Shown: positions 1 through 10,146, counted from the first letter of the stretch. The stretch: 64,000 nucleotides of DNA from an uncultured Bacteroidales bacterium (GCA_937876865.1 CALEFF010000040.1:231-64230), one strand, 5' to 3'. The notes: a model not told the origin generated them from the sequence alone. Program-made: numbers and translations.

Positions 1-130
1 TCTTTAAGCATTTGAGCTTAAAATCGCATTTTTAGTTTGTAAATATTTTGCGTGCAATGGGTTAAGTGATTTTTTAGAATTTTAAAATTTTTACGAAAAT
101 TGAAGGTTTCTTATCGAATAACAATAAAAA

Positions 131-174
131 ATAACTCTTAGCTTTATAAAATTAAAACTAAGAGTTATTTTTTT
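131..174. terminator. Bidirectional intrinsic terminator hairpin downstream of the porin-like gene
   Basis: An 11-bp perfect stem, ATAACTCTTAG (131-141) / CTAAGAGTTAT (158-168), is flanked by an A-run on one side and a T-run on the other. Confidence 0.6.
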
Positions 175-216
175 AATTCTAAGAAAGAATTTTCTAATTC
201 TAAGAAAAAATTTCGT

Positions 217-957
217 TTAGAATTGGAATCCTATTCCTATTTCTAATGGGAATAGATTTAATGTACGTCCTTCTTTTATTGAGGTTGTGTTTAATGGATT
301 TCTGCTTTCAACTGTCATATCTATATCAAAAGCTCTGTAACGGTAATTTGCCATTAGAGAAAAGTTTCCAAAGAAGAATTTTACTCCAACAGGAACATAG
401 AATGCGTGCTGAATAACCTTTGAATCTAAAACCATAGCATAGCCTTCTGTAGATTTGCTTAGATGCAATTCTCCATAATCGTATCCAAATCCTGCATATA
501 TACTCATTCCATTTTTATGGTTTTTAGAAAAGAACATTCTCGCTCCAATATTGTAATCTACATAAGCAGAATGTGTAAAGGTTCTTGCTTTTGTCATGTC
601 AAGAGAATTTTCCGAGTAAGTTCTTAATCCGAATGTGTATCCAAAGTTAAAACCTACAGTAAAATGATCTAATCCTATTGGAAGCTCCATTCTATAAGCT
701 AAACCTATACCTTTGTCCGGCATTGCAAAGCCTAAGTCTTCCGCAATTCCGGAATTAGCGTCCATTGTTGCGAAAGTAAAATAAAAATCAGTAAAATCTG
801 ATGATTTTTTTTCCTCTACTGCAACTTCTTCTACCTCTCCTGCAGGTTCTTCTACATAATATTCTTCTTCAATCACTACTTGTGCTTTTGCTTCTGTGAA
901 GGCAAAAAGCGAACACATTGAAAAACAAATCAATGCTAATTTTGCGTTTCTTTTCAT
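217..957 (-). CDS. Outer-membrane beta-barrel (porin-family) protein with signal peptide and acidic E/V-rich linker
   Basis: The N-terminal signal peptide is MKRNAKLALICFSMCSLFAFTEAKAQ. The sequence has alternating amphipathic strands rich in G/Y/F and ends in the C-terminal ...IGIGFQF typical of OMP barrels. Confidence 0.6.
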   Translation of the reverse strand: MKRNAKLALICFSMCSLFAFTEAKAQVVIEEEYYVEEPAGEVEEVAVEEKKSSDFTDFYFTFATMDANSGIAEDLGFAMPDKGIGLAYRMELPIGLDHFTVGFNFGYTFGLRTYSENSLDMTKARTFTHSAYVDYNIGARMFFSKNHKNGMSIYAGFGYDYGELHLSKSTEGYAMVLDSKVIQHAFYVPVGVKFFFGNFSLMANYRYRAFDIDMTVESRNPLNTTSIKEGRTLNLFPLEIGIGFQF

Positions 958-994
958 ACTATATAAATTTTAGTTTATAATTATTCTATATTGC

Positions 995-1002
995 AAATTT
1001 AC
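995..1002 (-). promoter_or_regulatory. Bacteroidota -7 promoter box TAAATTTG for the porin-like gene
   Basis: The minus-strand sequence TAAATTTG matches TAnnTTTG and lies 38 nt upstream of the ATG at 957. Confidence 0.45.
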
Positions 1003-1047
1003 AAATATTTTACTATAACAAACAAATAAATCGATAATTTTGTTTAT

Positions 1048-1055
1048 GGGGGGGG
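1048..1055. repeat. G8 homopolymer (C8 on the coding strand of the downstream porin-like gene)
   Basis: Eight consecutive G were counted at 1048-1055. Only one other G/C run longer than 5 was noticed in the window. Confidence 0.9.
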
Positions 1056-1080
1056 TAAATCTTTGGTTTTCAAAAGTTTA

Positions 1081-1122
1081 ATAATAAAAAAATAACGGAC
1101 TTTATTTAAAAAATCCGTTATT
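1081..1122 (-). terminator. Intrinsic terminator after aspS
   Basis: The stem AATAACGGA (1091-1099) / TCCGTTATT (1114-1122) is followed on the minus strand by a T-run (plus-strand A-run 1081-1090). Confidence 0.6.
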
Positions 1123-1143
1123 TGCTTTATATAAATAGTTTCT

Positions 1144-2895
1144 TTATTGCTTTGGAATAAGCGAAATATTCAATTCTTCAAGTTGAGCAGGAGAAATTTC
1201 TGATGGACTTTCAATCATTATATCTCTTGCTTTGTTGTTTTTAGGGAAAGCAATGAAATCTCTAATTGTCTCAACGCCAGCGAACATTGAACACATTCTA
1301 TCAAAACCGAATGCTATACCTCCGTGAGGTGGAGCACCGTATTCAAATGCGTTAAGCAAGAATCCGAATTGAGCTTGTGCTTCTTCTTCGCTGAAACCTA
1401 ATGCTTTAAACATATCATTTTGCATATTGCGGTCGTAAATACGTATTGAACCTCCTCCAATCTCTGTTCCATTTACAACAAGGTCGTATGCGTTTGCTCT
1501 TACTTCGCCCGGAGATGTGAAAAGTTTTGAATAATCTTCTGATTTCAAAGAAGTGAAAGGGTGATGTTTTGCATAGAAACGTTGAGTTTCTTCGTCCCAT
1601 TCTAAAAGTGGGAAATCAACAACCCATAACGGCTTGTAGTTGAAAGGATCTCTCAATCCAAGACGTGTTCCCATTTCAAGACGAAGAGCACATAAAGCAG
1701 TTTGAGTTTTTTCCTTAGCTCCTGCCATAACAAGCATTAAATCGCCTGGTTTTGCTGAGAATTTATCTGCTATTTTTTGTAATTGCTCTGCGTTAAAGAA
1801 CTTATCTACAGAGGATTTGAATGATCCATCTTCATTATACTTAATATAAACCAATCCGCTTGCACCAACTTGTGGACGTTTTACAAAATCGGTTAATTCA
1901 TCTAATTGTTTACGAGTATAGTTTGCACAACCCTCTGCACAAATTCCTACAACTAATTCCGCAGAATCAAATACAGAGAATCCGTTCCCTTGTGCTACAT
2001 CATTCAATTCCACAAACCTCATCTCAAATCTTGTATCAGGCTTATCGCTTCCGTAATATTTCATTGCATCTGCGTAAGTCATTCTTGGAAAATCGTCTAA
2101 TTCTAAGCCTTTTACTTGTTTGAAAAGATATTTCATCAAGCCTTCAAACATTTGTAAAACATCTTCTTGTTCTACAAAACTCATTTCACAATCTACTTGT
2201 GTAAATTCTGGTTGTCTGTCTGCTCTTAAATCCTCGTCTCTAAAACATTTTACGATTTGGAAGTAGCGATCGTAACCTGCAACCATCAATAATTGTTTGA
2301 AAGTTTGAGGAGATTGAGGTAAGGCATAGAATTCGTTTGGATTTACACGAGAAGGCACAACGAAATCTCTCGCTCCTTCTGGTGTAGAACGAATTAAAAA
2401 CGGAGTTTCTATTTCCATAAACTTTTTATCATTCATATAATTTCTGATAAGTATGGAAAGTTGGTGTCTTAATTCAAGATTTTTTCTTACAATGCCTCTT
2501 CTAAGGTCTAAATAACGGTATTTCATTCTCAATTCTTCACCTCCGTCTGTGTTATCTTCTATTGTGAAAGGTGGAGTTTTGGCTTCGTTCAATACTGTTA
2601 TTTCTTCTACAAGAATTTCTATTTCTCCTGTTGGAATATTTTTATTTTTATTGCTTCTTTCTGCTACTACTCCTTTAATTTGCAAAACATATTCTCTTCC
2701 AAGCATTCTTGCTTTTTCGCATAGAGCAGAATTTGTTTCCATATTAAAGACAAGTTGTGTTATTCCGTAACGATCTCTTAGGTCAATAAAGGTCATTCCG
2801 CCTAAATCGCGAGAACGTTGCAACCAACCTGCAAGTGTTACTTGTGTTCCACAATCTTTGAGAGTTAATTCTCCACAAGTGTGAGTTCTTAACAT
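1144..2895 (-). CDS. aspS: Aspartate--tRNA ligase
   Basis: This 583-aa ORF carries class II aaRS motifs ([33 protein letters not shown]) and an N-terminal OB-fold segment typical of bacterial AspRS. Confidence 0.95.
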   Translation of the reverse strand: MLRTHTCGELTLKDCGTQVTLAGWLQRSRDLGGMTFIDLRDRYGITQLVFNMETNSALCEKARMLGREYVLQIKGVVAERSNKNKNIPTGEIEILVEEITVLNEAKTPPFTIEDNTDGGEELRMKYRYLDLRRGIVRKNLELRHQLSILIRNYMNDKKFMEIETPFLIRSTPEGARDFVVPSRVNPNEFYALPQSPQTFKQLLMVAGYDRYFQIVKCFRDEDLRADRQPEFTQVDCEMSFVEQEDVLQMFEGLMKYLFKQVKGLELDDFPRMTYADAMKYYGSDKPDTRFEMRFVELNDVAQGNGFSVFDSAELVVGICAEGCANYTRKQLDELTDFVKRPQVGASGLVYIKYNEDGSFKSSVDKFFNAEQLQKIADKFSAKPGDLMLVMAGAKEKTQTALCALRLEMGTRLGLRDPFNYKPLWVVDFPLLEWDEETQRFYAKHHPFTSLKSEDYSKLFTSPGEVRANAYDLVVNGTEIGGGSIRIYDRNMQNDMFKALGFSEEEAQAQFGFLLNAFEYGAPPHGGIAFGFDRMCSMFAGVETIRDFIAFPKNNKARDIMIESPSEISPAQLEELNISLIPKQ

Positions 2896-2904
2896 ATTAC
2901 GTTA

Positions 2905-3468
2905 TTATTTATTTTGATATTGTTTACTTAGATTAAAGTTTTCAGGATATTTTGCTACTTTATCCTTATAAAATTCTTGGATTTCCTTTAAGTCTTCTTC
3001 GTAATTGCCTGTTGGATAGAAGATTTTTCCGCTACCACCTTGTTTTTTCTCATAGTCTAACCAAGAAAGATATATTGGCTTTCCTGATTTCATTGCAATA
3101 TGATAAAAACCTTTTTTCCAATGTTCTGTATATTTTCTTGTACCTTCAGGAGTTATGATTACAGAAAAGTCATCATTTTCTTTTAATCTTTTGACTGCTT
3201 CATCTACAAGGCCTGCTCCTTTTTTTCTATCAACAGGAACACCTCCCAAAGCTTTCAAAATAGGTCCCAAAGGGAAAAAAAACATTTCTTTTTTAATGAA
3301 AAAATGGGCATTAACGCCTAATTTCCATAAGCCGCAACGCCCCCAAACGAAGTCCCACATTGATGTATGTGGGGCTTCTATGAATACACAATTTTTCATC
3401 TGAGGTTCGGGCTCTCCAATCAATTTCCAACCGCCGAGCCACATAAGAAAATCCGCAAATTTCTTCAT
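2905..3468 (-). CDS. 1-acyl-sn-glycerol-3-phosphate acyltransferase-family (PlsC-like) protein
   Basis: It has the HX4D acyltransferase motif (APHTSMWDF) and a second block ITPEGTR. It is 187 aa long. Confidence 0.75.
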   Translation of the reverse strand: MKKFADFLMWLGGWKLIGEPEPQMKNCVFIEAPHTSMWDFVWGRCGLWKLGVNAHFFIKKEMFFFPLGPILKALGGVPVDRKKGAGLVDEAVKRLKENDDFSVIITPEGTRKYTEHWKKGFYHIAMKSGKPIYLSWLDYEKKQGGSGKIFYPTGNYEEDLKEIQEFYKDKVAKYPENFNLSKQYQNK

Positions 3469-3471
3469 TTA

Positions 3472-4671
3472 CTATTTCACAATTGAATAAGTATCTTGTG
3501 CAATTACTAATTCTTCGTCAGTAGTTACAGAAAGAATTTTTACTCTACTGCTTTCCTTAGAGATAATTCCGTCTTGTCCAGCCATAGCTTCATTTTGTTT
3601 TTCATCTATTTCTGCACCTAAGAATTCTAATCCACGACAAATTTCTTGTCTTTGCCACCATGCGTTTTCTCCTATACCTCCTGTAAATAAGATTGCATCA
3701 ACTCCTCCCATTGCAGCTGCATATGCTCCAATATATTTTTTAACTCTGTATGCAAACATATCAAATGCATAAGTTTCTCTTTCTTTTCCTTCTCTTTTTC
3801 CTGCCATTATATCACGCATATCAACAACTCCTCCTGTGATTCCATTTAAACCACATTTTTTGTTAATGAAGTTGTTCATTTCTTTAATAGTCATATTTTC
3901 TTTTTCTGCAATATAAAGAAGAACTCCAAGATCTAAATCTCCACATCTTGAACCCATAATCAATCCTTCAACAGGTGTAAAGCCCATTGATGTATCTACT
4001 GATTTTCCGTCTTTAACTGCACAAATTGAAGCACCAGATCCTAAGTGACAAGAAATGATTTTTGAATTATTTATATCTAATCCTGCCATTTTTGCTGCCT
4101 TTGGAGCAACAAATCTATGAGATGTTCCGTGGAATCCATAACGGCGAACTTTATCTGTTTGATAATATTCGTATGGTATTGCATAAAGATAAGCCTCTGC
4201 TGGCATTGATTGGTGGAAAGATGTATCAAATACTGCTACCTGAGGAACATTTGGTAATATTGCTTGCATTGCTTCTATTCCTTGAAGATTTGCAGGATTG
4301 TGAAGTGGTGCTAATGCAAATAAAGATCTTATTTGTTCTTTTTCTTTTTCGCCTACTAAAACTGATTGTTTGAATATTTCTCCTCCGTGTGCAACTCTGT
4401 GTCCGCAAGCATTGATTTCTGTCAATGAAGCTATAACTCCTATTTTTTCATCTACCAAAGCTTCTAACACCATTTTAATACCTGCTTTGTGATCTGGTAT
4501 AGGTTGTTGTACATAATATTTATCTTTTCCAACAGGTTTATGAGTAAATTCACCCATTTCTAAACCTATTCTTTCTAATAATCCTTTTGCCAATAATGTG
4601 GCATTGTTATCCATATCTATCAATTGATATTTGATAGAACTACTTCCGCAATTTAATACTAATATTTTCAT
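3472..4671 (-). CDS. ackA: Acetate kinase
   Basis: It has the N-terminal signature MKILVLNCGSSSIKYQL, then HRVAHGG and FHGTSH. It is 399 aa long. Confidence 0.95.
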   Translation of the reverse strand: MKILVLNCGSSSIKYQLIDMDNNATLLAKGLLERIGLEMGEFTHKPVGKDKYYVQQPIPDHKAGIKMVLEALVDEKIGVIASLTEINACGHRVAHGGEIFKQSVLVGEKEKEQIRSLFALAPLHNPANLQGIEAMQAILPNVPQVAVFDTSFHQSMPAEAYLYAIPYEYYQTDKVRRYGFHGTSHRFVAPKAAKMAGLDINNSKIISCHLGSGASICAVKDGKSVDTSMGFTPVEGLIMGSRCGDLDLGVLLYIAEKENMTIKEMNNFINKKCGLNGITGGVVDMRDIMAGKREGKERETYAFDMFAYRVKKYIGAYAAAMGGVDAILFTGGIGENAWWQRQEICRGLEFLGAEIDEKQNEAMAGQDGIISKESSRVKILSVTTDEELVIAQDTYSIVK

Positions 4672-4694
4672 TTCTTCTATTATGTGTTTAATTT

Positions 4695-6188
4695 TTACTT
4701 TTCTACTTTTAATTTTTTATAAACTTCTTGCAATGATTCATAATCATCTGTCATTATAAGGAGTTTATCTTTTGGATTTAATTCTGTTTTTCCTGTTGGA
4801 ACAAAATATTTCTCATCTCTTTTAACCATAACTGCCAAAGAATTTTCAGGCAATTTTATATCCATTAAACGATTTCCTATCTCAAATGTATTTTCATTTA
4901 ATTCTACTTCTGCCAAAACAGTTTTTATATCATTGGAAACATCTATATCAAAATCTTTTAATTTAGATACGTCTTTTGATTTCTCAGCCAACTTTAACCA
5001 ACGTGCGACTATTGGTAGCGAAGTGCCTTGAATTAACAAAGAAACTAAGGTGCAGAAAAAAACTATATTGAAAATCAATTGTGAATTAGGTAATTCTGCT
5101 GATAATGGCATAATTGCAAAGATAATTGGCACAGCCCCTCTTAGTCCTACCCAAGAAACGTATGTTTTAGCTTTAAGAGTCATCTTTTTAAACGGCAAAA
5201 GGCATAAAAATACAGACAATGGTCTAGCGATAAATATCATTAGCAAACTTATTATAACAGAAGGCAATATTACAGGTAGCAATTCACTTGGGTTCACAAG
5301 CAATCCTAACATCAAAAACATTATCAACTGAAACAACCAAGCTAAACCATCAAAAAATTTAATAGAAGAGCGTTTGTGTACAAACTTTGAATTTCCTATT
5401 ACTAAACCTGCTATATACACGGCTAAATATCCATTACCTTGCAAAAAGTAAGTTGCTGAAAAAATAAATATACAGAAAGTTAAAACTAAAATCGGATAAA
5501 GAGAATCGTTACCTATTTTTATTCTATTTATGACAAAAATAGCTAACTTACCCAAAGCGTATCCCAAACCAGCTCCTATTGCAAGTTGCATAATTAACTT
5601 CCCAATAATAACCAATATACTTGGAGTAGAACCAAGAGAAATAATATCAACAAGTGTTAAAACCAAAAGATATGCCATAGGGTCATTACTTCCACTTTCA
5701 AGCTCTAACATTGGTCTTAGATTCTGTTTTAAATGCAAATTCTTAGAACGTAATATAGAAAATACAGATGCAGAATCAGTAGAAGACATAATAGAGGCTA
5801 ATAACAAAGAAGTCATAAAACCAATCCCTGCACTTGCCATTGTTGCTCCTAAAACCCACCAAATTAACAAACCCATAATTAAGGCTGTTATCAATACGCC
5901 AAAAGTAGATAATAAAACTCCTTGCACAAGTACAGGTTTTATCTCGTTTATCTTAGTATCCATACCACCAGAGAACAATATGATACACAAAGCGACTGTT
6001 CCTATCGCTTGAGCCATATATATATCATCAAATTCCACCCCTAATCCATCACTACCAGCCAACATTCCTACACCTAAGAACAATAACAAGGAAGGAACTC
6101 CAAACTTAGAGCTTGCCTTACCTGCAAACACACTTAGAAAGAATAAGAATGATAAGACTAATAAGATTATTTCAATTTGAATTTGCAT
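4695..6188 (-). CDS. K+/H+ antiporter (CPA1, NhaP2/CvrA type) with C-terminal TrkA-C-like domain
   Basis: A polytopic membrane N-terminal region of about 390 aa is followed by a soluble tail of about 100 aa (LPENSLAVMVKRDEKYFVPTGKTELNPKDKLLIM), as in RCK/TrkA-C domains. Confidence 0.8.
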   Translation of the reverse strand: MQIQIEIILLVLSFLFFLSVFAGKASSKFGVPSLLLFLGVGMLAGSDGLGVEFDDIYMAQAIGTVALCIILFSGGMDTKINEIKPVLVQGVLLSTFGVLITALIMGLLIWWVLGATMASAGIGFMTSLLLASIMSSTDSASVFSILRSKNLHLKQNLRPMLELESGSNDPMAYLLVLTLVDIISLGSTPSILVIIGKLIMQLAIGAGLGYALGKLAIFVINRIKIGNDSLYPILVLTFCIFIFSATYFLQGNGYLAVYIAGLVIGNSKFVHKRSSIKFFDGLAWLFQLIMFLMLGLLVNPSELLPVILPSVIISLLMIFIARPLSVFLCLLPFKKMTLKAKTYVSWVGLRGAVPIIFAIMPLSAELPNSQLIFNIVFFCTLVSLLIQGTSLPIVARWLKLAEKSKDVSKLKDFDIDVSNDIKTVLAEVELNENTFEIGNRLMDIKLPENSLAVMVKRDEKYFVPTGKTELNPKDKLLIMTDDYESLQEVYKKLKVEK

Positions 6189-6208
6189 AATATTTCATTT
6201 AATGGGTG

Positions 6209-6216
6209 CAAAAATA
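6209..6216 (-). promoter_or_regulatory. -7 promoter box TATTTTTG for the antiporter-ackA-plsC-aspS string
   Basis: The minus-strand sequence TATTTTTG lies 21 nt upstream of the ATG at 6188. Confidence 0.4.
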
Positions 6217-6236
6217 CGTAAAATTCTTTTTTTTTC

Positions 6237-7043
6237 CTAATTAACGCCAATATAAGATAAAAGTTGTTTTAAAAACACTATTGTTTTCTCTACCATAACC
6301 CAATGACCACAAGAATCAATAGTAACAATTTTAGAATTAGGCATCTTTTCTTTAAAAATCCACAAATCTTCCCTCTTTGTAAATTCTGAATTATCTCCAC
6401 GAATAAGAAGAGTTGGTGTTTCAATTATACCAATATCTATCTTATCTGCCACTTTATCCATTTTCTTTGCCAACATTGGTGCATTAGATTTCCAAGACAA
6501 AACTATTTTATTTTCTTTTTCAGAAATAATAGAAGTTTGCACATTTTGCATTATCAAAGCAAGCCATCCTTTATCCTTAATCTGAGTTTTAAGAAAATTA
6601 AGCAACGATCCACGAGTCTCAAACTTTGAAATATTTAAATTAAATAGCACATTTGCAATCCCATTCTTAGAAAGCAAAAAAGGATAATTTATAGGTAAAA
6701 TATCAACTACTACCAATTTATTATATTCATTTGGAAACAAATCCGCCATTTTCATTATAAGTTTTCCTCCCATTGAATGCCCTATTAAAATAGGTTTTTC
6801 CGATACTTTTTTTCTCTCTACAAAATCATGAAGAAAAATTGCAGTTTCTTTATACGAAAAATCCTCTGTATGAAAACTTCTTCCATGATTTGGCAAATCT
6901 GGAATCAAAACATGAAAGCCACAATCTGCTAAAAATTCTCCTATTTTAAGCCAATGCTCCCCCATTCCAAGCCAACCATGAACTATTAGAATAGTTTGAT
7001 TAAGCTTATTGTCAGAAATCATTTCTCTATAAAAAAAATCCAT
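6237..7043 (-). CDS. Alpha/beta-fold hydrolase
   Basis: It has the nucleophile elbow GHSMGG, an HGW oxyanion region, and a C-terminal CGHW histidine region. Confidence 0.75.
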   Translation of the reverse strand: MDFFYREMISDNKLNQTILIVHGWLGMGEHWLKIGEFLADCGFHVLIPDLPNHGRSFHTEDFSYKETAIFLHDFVERKKVSEKPILIGHSMGGKLIMKMADLFPNEYNKLVVVDILPINYPFLLSKNGIANVLFNLNISKFETRGSLLNFLKTQIKDKGWLALIMQNVQTSIISEKENKIVLSWKSNAPMLAKKMDKVADKIDIGIIETPTLLIRGDNSEFTKREDLWIFKEKMPNSKIVTIDSCGHWVMVEKTIVFLKQLLSYIGVN

Positions 7044-7162
7044 ATCAAATGTTTTAAGTCATACAAAGGTAAAACAAAATTTTTAAACACAATATTTTTG
7101 TAAAATTTAAAATATCATATAAAAAAATTGCTTTTTTATTTTTGCAATTGAATAAAAAACAT

Positions 7163-7170
7163 TAGTTTTG
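7163..7170 (+). promoter_or_regulatory. -7 promoter box TAGTTTTG for rnfA
   Basis: The sequence matches TAnnTTTG and lies 25 nt upstream of the ATG at 7195. Confidence 0.45.
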
Positions 7171-7194
7171 CAAAAAATATAAAAAAATCAAACT

Positions 7195-7773
7195 ATGGAA
7201 TATGTATACATTATAATCTTTGCAGTATTTGTAAACAACGTTATCCTTTCTCAATTCCTTGGAATATGCCCATTTTTAGGTGTTTCCACAAAGGTAAGTA
7301 CAGCCGCAGGTATGGGAGCAGCAGTAGTATTTGTGATGGCTCTTTCAACAGTCGTAACATTTTTGTTACAAGAATTTATACTTGTACCTTTAGAAATAGA
7401 GTTTCTACAAACTATTGTTTTCATATTAGTAATTGCTGCATTAGTTCAAATGGTTGAAATTATATTAAAGAAAATCAGTCCATCATTATACCAAGCCTTA
7501 GGAGTATTTCTTCCTCTAATTACAACAAACTGTGCAGTATTAGGAATATCTATTTTAGTTATTCAAAAAGGATATAATTTATTAGAAGGATTAACCTACT
7601 CTATTGGAATTTCATTAGGATTTACCTTAGCAATGGTTATATTTGCAGGACTTAGAGAACACTTAGAACTTGTTCAAGTACCAAAAGGAGTAAAAGGTAT
7701 TCCTATTGCTTTAATTACAGCAGGTATTTTAGCTATGGCATTTATGGGATTTGCTGGTTTAGTAAAGATTTAA
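7195..7773 (+). CDS. rnfA: Rnf electron-transport complex subunit A
   Basis: This 192-aa, six-helix membrane protein is a clear paralogue of the RnfE at 31302 (shared LGxCP...TTNC/VVNC.LG pattern). It contains GICPFLGVS and PLITTNCAVLG. Confidence 0.9.
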   Translation: MEYVYIIIFAVFVNNVILSQFLGICPFLGVSTKVSTAAGMGAAVVFVMALSTVVTFLLQEFILVPLEIEFLQTIVFILVIAALVQMVEIILKKISPSLYQALGVFLPLITTNCAVLGISILVIQKGYNLLEGLTYSIGISLGFTLAMVIFAGLREHLELVQVPKGVKGIPIALITAGILAMAFMGFAGLVKI

Positions 7774-7777
7774 AACT

Positions 7778-8140
7778 ATGATAGACAAGAAAGCCAACAA
7801 ACAATTAGCAAAGGGTTTAAAAGAAAAGCCACGCAAACCAGGTTGGTGGGCTAAAAGAAGTAGAAAAATTTTGATTAAAGATATTCTTTCTTCATTGGAA
7901 GAATTTGAAATAAAAGATGCATGGGCTCATAAAGCCTTTGTGTCTGCACAAGAGAAAAGGCCAAAAAACATTACTATATATGTAAACTTTGAAGGAGAAA
8001 AACCTGATGGTTTTGCTCACAAAGTAGATATGGCAATGGACAAAGCCTTCCCTAAGAAAAAAATAAATATAATTGATATAAAGACTTTGCAATCCGCAAT
8101 AATGGAGTTTGTATTTAAAGACGTAGAAAAGATTTTGTAG
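7778..8140 (+). CDS. Hypothetical basic 120-aa protein, apparently co-transcribed with rnfA
   Basis: The ORF starts 4 nt after the rnfA stop. It has a K/R-rich N-terminus and I recognise no family. Confidence 0.4.
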   Translation: MIDKKANKQLAKGLKEKPRKPGWWAKRSRKILIKDILSSLEEFEIKDAWAHKAFVSAQEKRPKNITIYVNFEGEKPDGFAHKVDMAMDKAFPKKKINIIDIKTLQSAIMEFVFKDVEKIL

Positions 8141-8147
8141 TTCTTAT

Positions 8148-8921
8148 ATGCAAATTTCAGCAGTCATTATTACCTTTAACGAAGAAGAAAACATAGCCTC
8201 CTGTATTGAATCAATAGAAGATGTTTGTGATGAAATAGTTGTTGTTGATTCACTTTCAACAGATAAAACTATTGAAATAGCAAAAAAATATCCAAAAGTA
8301 AAGGTCTATTCTCAAAAATGGCTTGGATATGTTGATCAAAAAAATTATGCTAATTCTCTAACAACTTTTAATACTATATTTTCTATTGATGCAGATGAAT
8401 TGTTATCTAAACAACTAAAAGAAAGCATACTTAAACTCAAAGAATTAGATGAAAATCTCTTTAAAGTCTATGAAGTTTCTCGTTTAACAAATTATTGTGG
8501 CAGTTGGATAAAACATTGCGGTTGGTATCCAGACAAAAAAATAAGAATATTCAATAAACAAAGTGTAAAGTGGCAAGGAGAACTTGTTCATGAAACATTA
8601 TTTTTGCCAGAAAACACCCAAATAATTACACTAAAAGGAGATTTACTTCATTATTCATATAAATCAAGCACCGACCACATTGAACGAATAAACAAATACT
8701 CAACACTAACAGCAAAAGAAGCTTTCAATCGTGGTAAAAAATCTTCTTGTTTTGACATTTGGTTTCGCCCAAAATGGAGATTTTTTAGAGATTACATAAT
8801 AAAAAGAGGATTTTTGGACGGATACGCAGGCTATCAAGTATGTAAAATGTCTGCTTACATAACATTCTCTAAATATATCAAACTTAGAGAATACGTCAAA
8901 AAAGGAAAAATTACAAAATAA
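8148..8921 (+). CDS. Family 2 glycosyltransferase (LPS-core KdtX/WaaE-like)
   Basis: The N-terminus (ISAVIITFNEEENI) and the DxD-type motif (SIDADE) are typical of GT-A fold GT2 enzymes. Confidence 0.8.
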   Translation: MQISAVIITFNEEENIASCIESIEDVCDEIVVVDSLSTDKTIEIAKKYPKVKVYSQKWLGYVDQKNYANSLTTFNTIFSIDADELLSKQLKESILKLKELDENLFKVYEVSRLTNYCGSWIKHCGWYPDKKIRIFNKQSVKWQGELVHETLFLPENTQIITLKGDLLHYSYKSSTDHIERINKYSTLTAKEAFNRGKKSSCFDIWFRPKWRFFRDYIIKRGFLDGYAGYQVCKMSAYITFSKYIKLREYVKKGKITK

Positions 8922-8930
8922 CTATTTATT

Positions 8931-9515
8931 TTATTTTCCGTTATACATATTCATTGTTCTATCCATTCCAATAGTAGCGAAAGACTTGATTATATCGCAA
9001 CACATATCCAATTTAGGATCTACAACAGCCATATCATCTCCCTCAATCTTTCCAAGAACAAAATCTACTTGTCTTCCTCTTGCAAAATTACTTCCTATTC
9101 CAAAGCGAAGTCTATTAAACTTATTATGTCCTAAACAAGCAATTATATCTTTTAATCCATTGTGTCCGCCATCTCCTCCTCCCATTCTAAGACGTATTGT
9201 ACCTAAATCCAAAGCCAAATCATCAACAATTACCAAAACATTCTCAATGGGTATTTTCTCTTTATCAATCCAATATTTTACAGCCTTACCACTAAGATTC
9301 ATATAAGTAGTTGGCTTAACTAAAATAATCGTTCTTCCTTTTGTTTTCACCTCTGCAACAAACGCATGACGGTCAATTGAGAACTTGTAATTATTAGCCT
9401 TATTATCAATATTCAAGTTCTTAACCATTCTATCAAGAACCATATACCCAATATTATGGCGAGTATTTTCATATTCCGAGCCAGGATTTCCCAATCCTAT
9501 TATCAAATATTTCAT
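8931..9515 (-). CDS. pth: Peptidyl-tRNA hydrolase
   Basis: It carries the signature LIIGLGNPGSEYENTRHNIGY and the motif GHNGLKDI. Confidence 0.95.
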   Translation of the reverse strand: MKYLIIGLGNPGSEYENTRHNIGYMVLDRMVKNLNIDNKANNYKFSIDRHAFVAEVKTKGRTIILVKPTTYMNLSGKAVKYWIDKEKIPIENVLVIVDDLALDLGTIRLRMGGGDGGHNGLKDIIACLGHNKFNRLRFGIGSNFARGRQVDFVLGKIEGDDMAVVDPKLDMCCDIIKSFATIGMDRTMNMYNGK

Positions 9516-9520
9516 AATCT

Positions 9521-9558
9521 AAAAAAATTAAAGGCTGTACAAAAAGAAGCACAGCCTT
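9521..9558 (-). terminator. Hairpin plus T-run between rplY and pth (terminator or attenuator)
   Basis: The stem AAGGCTGT (9531-9538) / ACAGCCTT (9551-9558) is followed by a minus-strand T-run from 9521-9530. Confidence 0.5.
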
Positions 9559-9585
9559 ATTTTTATGGAGAACATTTTTAAAATA

Positions 9586-10146
9586 TTATCTTCCAGCAGA
9601 AGCACGAGTAGGTTTAACCCAAACTACAACGCTTGATTTAACGTCCAACAATTCAACTTTTTCTATATTGATTTGTTCAACTTTAACTCCTTGTGCAATT
9701 TCTAAATTATCAATAGAAACTTCTGCATATTGAGGGATATCGTTAGGCAATCCTTTAACTTTTAGTTTACGTAATTTAAGCATAAGTTTACCCCCTTGTA
9801 ATACCCCAGGAGCTGTACCAGTTGTTTTAACAGGTATTGAAACTGAAATTGGTTTATCGTCAAATATTTGTAAGAAATCAGCGTGTAACACCTCATCTGT
9901 TACAGGGTGATATTGGATTTCTTGTAAGATAGCCATACATTTGTTGCCTGAAATTTCTAATTCAACATAATTAGTGTCAGGAGTAAACAACAATGGTTTG
10001 AATGCTTTTTGCGATACAGTGAATCTTACTTGTTCACCTTTTCCTCCGTAAACTACACAAGGCACTAATCCTTGTTTACGTAAAGCCTTAGCATCTTTTT
10101 TCCCTACGTTCTCTCTTAGAGAACCACTCATAGATACTGTTTTCAT
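9586..10146 (-). CDS. rplY: 50S ribosomal protein L25 / general stress protein Ctc
   Basis: This 186-aa protein has an L25/Ctc-like N-terminus (RENVGKKDAKALRKQGLVPCVVYG). It sits in the conserved prs-rplY-pth order. Confidence 0.9.
   Translation of the reverse strand: MKTVSMSGSLRENVGKKDAKALRKQGLVPCVVYGGKGEQVRFTVSQKAFKPLLFTPDTNYVELEISGNKCMAILQEIQYHPVTDEVLHADFLQIFDDKPISVSIPVKTTGTAPGVLQGGKLMLKLRKLKVKGLPNDIPQYAEVSIDNLEIAQGVKVEQINIEKVELLDVKSSVVVWVKPTRASAGR

Noticed and set aside
174-215. A tandem duplication of a 21-bp unit (TAATTCTAAGAAAGAATTTTC / TAATTCTAAGAAAAAATTTCG) lies just downstream of the porin-like gene.
   Set aside because: There are only two imperfect copies of AT-rich low-complexity sequence, next to a terminator and at the window edge. 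This is not enough to assign a function.
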